From: Lama guanicoe
Taxonomy: Eukaryota
Length of the DNA: 64,000 nucleotides
NCBI GenBank assembly: GCA_013239625.1
Contig: MU053594.1
Span: forward strand, 1,802,127-1,866,126
Direction: 5' to 3'
The stretch's first letter is position 1; every line of letters begins with the position of its first letter. Positions 59,121 to 64,000 of this stretch are shown here, one piece after another. A model generated the notes under the pieces. That model made no database searches and had not been told where the DNA came from. It saw only the letters and a program-made list of their open reading frames with translations. Both the position numbers and the translations under genes were made by a program.

Positions 59121-59497
59121 TGCTAGGGACTGAGCTATGTCCTCCCCAAATTCGTATGTGGAAGCCCTACGTTCCCATATGACTGTGTTACAGATAGAGC
59201 CTTTAGGGAGGGATTCAAGTTAAATGAAGTTATGAGCTGAGCCCTGATCCCATAGAACCTGGTGCTCTTATAAGAAGAGGAAGAGACACTAGAGGTCTCT
59301 CTCCACCACGTGAAGACACACCAAAAAGGTGGCGGCTGGCTGCATGCCTGGAAGAAAACTCCCTCACCAGAACCTGACCATGCTAGCACCTTGATCTTGG
59401 GGCCTCCAGCCTCCAGAACTGTGAGAAAATACATTTCTGTTGTTCAAGTCAGTTAGTTTATGGTATTTTGTTTTGGCAGCCCAAGCTAACCAGTACA
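59121..59497 (+). mobile_element. MLT1A-like MaLR LTR
   Basis: tgctagggactgagctatgtcctccccaaattcgtatgt...cctccagcctccagaactgtgagaaaatacatttctgttg...ggcagcccaagctaac. Confidence 0.85.
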
Positions 59498-60239
59498 AAT
59501 GTTACATACATATTCTGGGTGAATTTCAAGGTTAAGAGTAATCATGTCAAATGCCACACAGAGGTCTGGTAGATAAAGACAGATTTGGTAAATAGGCCAT
59601 AGATGCTTTCATTAGTGAGAGCAGTTCCAGGCGACAAATGAAGAAGACTGAGTTCGATTGCACATACTTTTCAAGTGAAAGAGAATAAGATAGAAATAGT
59701 TTTACTCAACATCAAATCATATGACAAAATGGTCATTGTTGTTTCAGGGTAGTACTGCCATAAAAATCATGTACAGTAAAAGGGAGGTACCAACATCCCA
59801 TTATTCCCGAGCTGTTACGTGGTGTATGGATTATCTAAGATCCCTGGTGTCTGTCGGTCTACAAGTCATTCCTCTGCTTATTAGCAGAAGACAGGAAGGG
59901 AGAGGTAAATATTTTAAATTGTTCTTTCCCAAACTGCAGTAATTTGCTCACCTCTTTCACAAGTATCTTCTAAATCTACACATACTCCTAGTATCATCAT
60001 GTATTGAATATTTTATTTAAATACATTTATTTTCAAAAATCTATCGCTACTACAATTACTATAATACACAATAACCAGAAAATATAAAGTGTTCACAAAA
60101 TAATATTATTAAAATTTACCTGGATATTCTTCTAGGGAAAAAAAATCATAGAGAAGACCTCAGAGAACAAAGGACACAAAAACATATCCTTGTGAGTATA
60201 TGTGTGTGTTTAAATTTAATACATGATTTTAAGACGAAT

Positions 60240-62715
60240 CACAAGTCAGTTTTAGCTTTTACGTTTAGGTTTATGATACATTTGGAGTTAATTTTTTATA
60301 TATGGTTTCCGGTATGGGTCAAGCTCTTTTTTTTTTTAATACGGGTCTTAAATTGTTCCAGGATTTGTTGAAAAGCCTCTCCTTTTGCCATTGTGTACTT
60401 TTTGCACATTGTTGAAAACTGACTGGCCAAATACAGTGTTTCTCACTTCTCTGTTTAAAATCTCTGTTTCTCTGTTTAAAATCTATCATGTTCCACTAAA
60501 TATAATAAAATTATAACAGTCTGTAGGTAAATGGTTTTTAACACTGTTCTGCTCTACTGATCTATGTGACTATCCATTCGTCTACAATGCACTGTCTTGA
60601 TTACTCTAACTTTATAGTTAAGTTTGAAATCAGGTAGTGAGGCTCTCCAACTACTCTGTTCATTTTTCTCAACTTTTTTGGGGAAATATTTTAGTACCTT
60701 CCATATAAATTTTAATGTCAGCTTGTTAATATTTACCAGAAGTCTGATAGGATTTTTATTGGCATTGCACAAAGCTATACATCATTTGGGGAGAATATAC
60801 CACCTTCACAATGCTGAGTACTCCAATCTATGAACATGGTATATCTCCATTTATTTAGATTTTCTTTGATTTATTTCATCAGTATTTTTTGTAGTTTTCA
60901 GTATAGAAATGTTGCATATATTTTGTAAAGTTTATATCCAAGTATTTAATTTTGTTTGGTCCTACTATAAATGATACTTGAATATTTTCTATTCCCAAAT
61001 ATTCATTGCTAGTATATAGAAGTATAATTGACATTTTGTATAATGACCTTGTATCCTATGACCTTGCTAAACCCACTTCTTAGTTATTAGTAGCTTTATT
61101 ATAGATTTGGGGGGGCTTTGTTATATAGCCAATCATGTCATCTACAAAGAGAGACAATTTTGTCTTCCTTTCCAATTTCTATGCTTTTTCTTTCTTTTTC
61201 CTGCATCTGTGTTTATTAGAGATACTGGTTTTGGAATTAGGGTAAAATAAAATGCATTAGAAAGTGTTCCTTCCTCTTCTATTTTCTGGAAAAGTTTGTG
61301 CAGAATTGGTACTTTTTTCCTTAAGTGAATCCATCTGGTTCTGGAGTTTTCTTTAATGGAGTACTTTAAACTACAATTTCTTTAATAACTATGTACCTAT
61401 TTGGCTTATCTGTTTCCTCAAGTAAGTTTTGATAGTTTGTGTCTTTCAAGGAATTTATCCATTTCATCAAAGTTGTCAAATTTATGGGCAAAAGATCATT
61501 CCTTAATTATGCTTTCAATGTCTATAGGAAGTATAGTGATGTTCTCTCTTTCATTTTTAACATTGGTAATTTGTGTCTTCTCTCTTTTTTTTCTTGGGAA
61601 GTCTGGCGACAGGTTCATCAATTTTATTAAACTGTTCAAAGAACTAGTTTGGGGTATGACTGATTTTATTCCAAATTTCTGTTTTCAGTATCACTGATTT
61701 CCATCTTATATTTATTAGTTCCTTCCTTCTGCTTCCATTGAGTTCAGTTTTCTTTTCTTTTTCGTGATTTTAAGGTGGAATTTTAGGTCATTTAAGAAAT
61801 CACTGATCTGAACCATTCCTCTTTTATAATGTATGTATATCTAATTCTTCGAATTTCCCTGTAAGCAATGCTTCTGCCAAATCCCATGAATTTTGATACA
61901 TTTTCCCACTTTTTATTCAATTCAAAGTATTTTCTGATTTCCTTTTTTGAACGCCTCTTTGACCTATGGGTTATTTAGCAGTATGTTTGTTCAATTCCAA
62001 ATATTTGGAGATTTTCCAGATATTTTTCTGTTATCGCTCTCTTGTTTAATTTCATAATGGTCAGAGAACACTATGTATGATTTCAGTTCTTTTAAATTTG
62101 TTGAGTTTTGTCTTATGGTCAAAATATGAGCTATCTCAGTGAATGTTCCAAATGTACTTGAAAAGAATATGTACTCTATTGTCATCGGGTGAATGTTCTC
62201 TAAATGTCCATCAGAAGAGTTGGCTGAGAGCGTTGTCCAGATTTTCTATATGCTTACTTGATGTTCTCGCCGCTAGTAGAATCCATTACTGCAAAAAGGA
62301 CAACTGGAGAGTCATCTATTCCTTCTTTCTATTGGTCTTTACCTCTTGTATTTTTAAGCTATTATCAGGTACATACATATTTAAGACTGCATGTCTTCTT
62401 GGTGAACTGATCATTTTTATCATTATATTATCTCTCTTTATACCTGTAAATATTCCTTGTTCTGAAATACATTTTACCTAATACTAATATAACCACACCA
62501 GCTTTCCTTTGGTTAGTGCTTCCATGGTACATCCTTTTCCATCCTTTTACTTTTAATCTACTTATATTATTATATTTAAAGTGGGTTTCTTATAGACAGC
62601 ATATAGTTGAATCTTGCTTTTTCATCCAATCTGACCATCTCTAATCTTTTAATTGATATGGTTAGGCCATTTATATTTAAGGTACTTATTATATGTTTTG
62701 TTTAAAATCTATCAT
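60240..62715 (-). mobile_element. L1 ORF2 fragments (internally deleted) in a DIXDC1 intron
   Basis: Minus-strand remnants such as LPDFKLNYKVRVIKTV and EYIFFSSTFGTFTEIAHIL (endonuclease region). Confidence 0.88.
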
Positions 62716-63196
62716 GTTCCACAAAATATAATAAAATGATAACGGCCTCTAGGTAAATGTTTTTTAAACTCTGGTCCACAGACCAGCTACTCTGCTGAGA
62801 ACTTGAATATGGTACCTCGCTCATCTTTGTAGCATCCATAACTGGGTATCATAACCCACATTTACCAATGAAGAAAAGACGTTAGGGATTAAGTATTTGG
62901 CTCCTGAAGTTCCAGAGTTCATGACTGGCAGTACCAGAGTTAAAATACAGCTCTGCTTTACTCCAAAGCTATGTTTTTCCCATCAAACAAGGCCACCTCC
63001 GTATTAATATGATGCTAACAATTTTGTAAGTGGTAAAGAACTATGTAATAAAAACCAAATTGTTTTTAAAAACTCTATCATCTCCTTTATTTCTAATTGT
63101 TCCATACTTTTCTTGGCCCTTTTTTTCTCTTATCCTCTTTTTCACCCTCTTTTTCTCCCTGCCTTTGGATTGAAGGTGTTTGTGTGTGTGCATGGC

Positions 63197-63225
63197 GGGG
63201 GGGGGGGGGGGGGGGGTTTTTTTAT
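63197..63225. repeat. G20 homopolymer followed by a T run
   Basis: Directly visible, after a short (TG)n. Confidence 0.9.
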
Positions 63226-63529
63226 AGATTCTTCATTTGGATACACTGTTTCAACATGTAAATGATATTTTTAATAATGAAATATTTTACTTTTTTGCTA
63301 TTAGATTATTTTATGTTTCCTTTTTATCTCCACTATTAAATTTTTTACTTAACCTTTTAAAAATTTAGTGGTTGCTCTTGGATTTAAGTATATGTCTTTA
63401 ATTAGTCAGCTTTCAAATGATATTACACCACTTTATATGTAATATAAGAATTATAAAAGTTACAACAGTAGAGCACTTACAACAGTAAAGTCCTAATTCC
63501 TCCACCCCAATCTTCGTACTTTGTACTGT

Positions 63530-64000
63530 GTGTCTGGAATCTTTCACTCAACATTTTCAAGATTCATCCATGTTGTAGGATGTATCAGTACTTCATTATT
63601 TTTATGGCTGAGTAATATTCCATTGTATGGATATAACAGAATTTGTTTATCCATTCATCAATTAAGGGTCATTTGGGTTGTTACCACCTCTTAGCTATTG
63701 TGAATAATACTGCTATGAACATGTGTGTACAAGATTTTTTTTGAACATTTGCTTTTAATTCTTTTGGGTATATACCTAGGAATGGAATTGCTGGGTCATA
63801 TAGTAATTCTATGTTTAACTTTTGGAAGAATCACCAAACTGTTTTCCACAGGAGCTTACCATTTTACATCCTCACCAGCAATGTATGAGAGTTCCAATTT
63901 CCCCACATCTTCACCAACACTTTTTATTTTCCATTTTTTGGAACTACCTAGTAGGCATGAAGTGGTATCTCATGGTGGTTTTGTTTGGCATTTCCCTAAT
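63530..64000 (-). mobile_element. L1 3' region fragment running off the window edge
   Basis: tttcaagattcatccatgttgtag...tatatacctaggaatggaattgctgggtcata...catcctcaccagcaatgtatgagagttcc. Confidence 0.88.

Overview
Mammalian genomic DNA, very probably camelid (four copies of a Vic-1-like tRNA-derived SINE). It is the conserved gene block orthologous to human 11q23.1: SDHD (-, exons 1-3; exon 4 lies off the left edge) head-to-head with TIMM8B (+, complete, 83 aa); NKAPD1/C11orf57 (-, complete, 293/292 aa) head-to-head with PIH1D2 (+, complete, 315 aa); DLAT (-, complete, 14 exons, 647 aa); and the last three coding exons of DIXDC1 (-). I spliced each gene by hand and all reading frames are intact. 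There are three CpG-island promoters, two of them bidirectional, and introns full of L1, L2, MIR, LTR and DNA-transposon relics. I found no convincing undescribed biological system. The second-look items are small: a GC-AG intron, a NAGNAG acceptor, in-frame upstream ATGs, dual-use 3'-end signals, a possible SINE-donated poly(A) signal, a microsatellite-derived NRF1 motif and two L1 rearrangements. Gene and repeat names come from recognition, not database searches; repeat boundaries are approximate.
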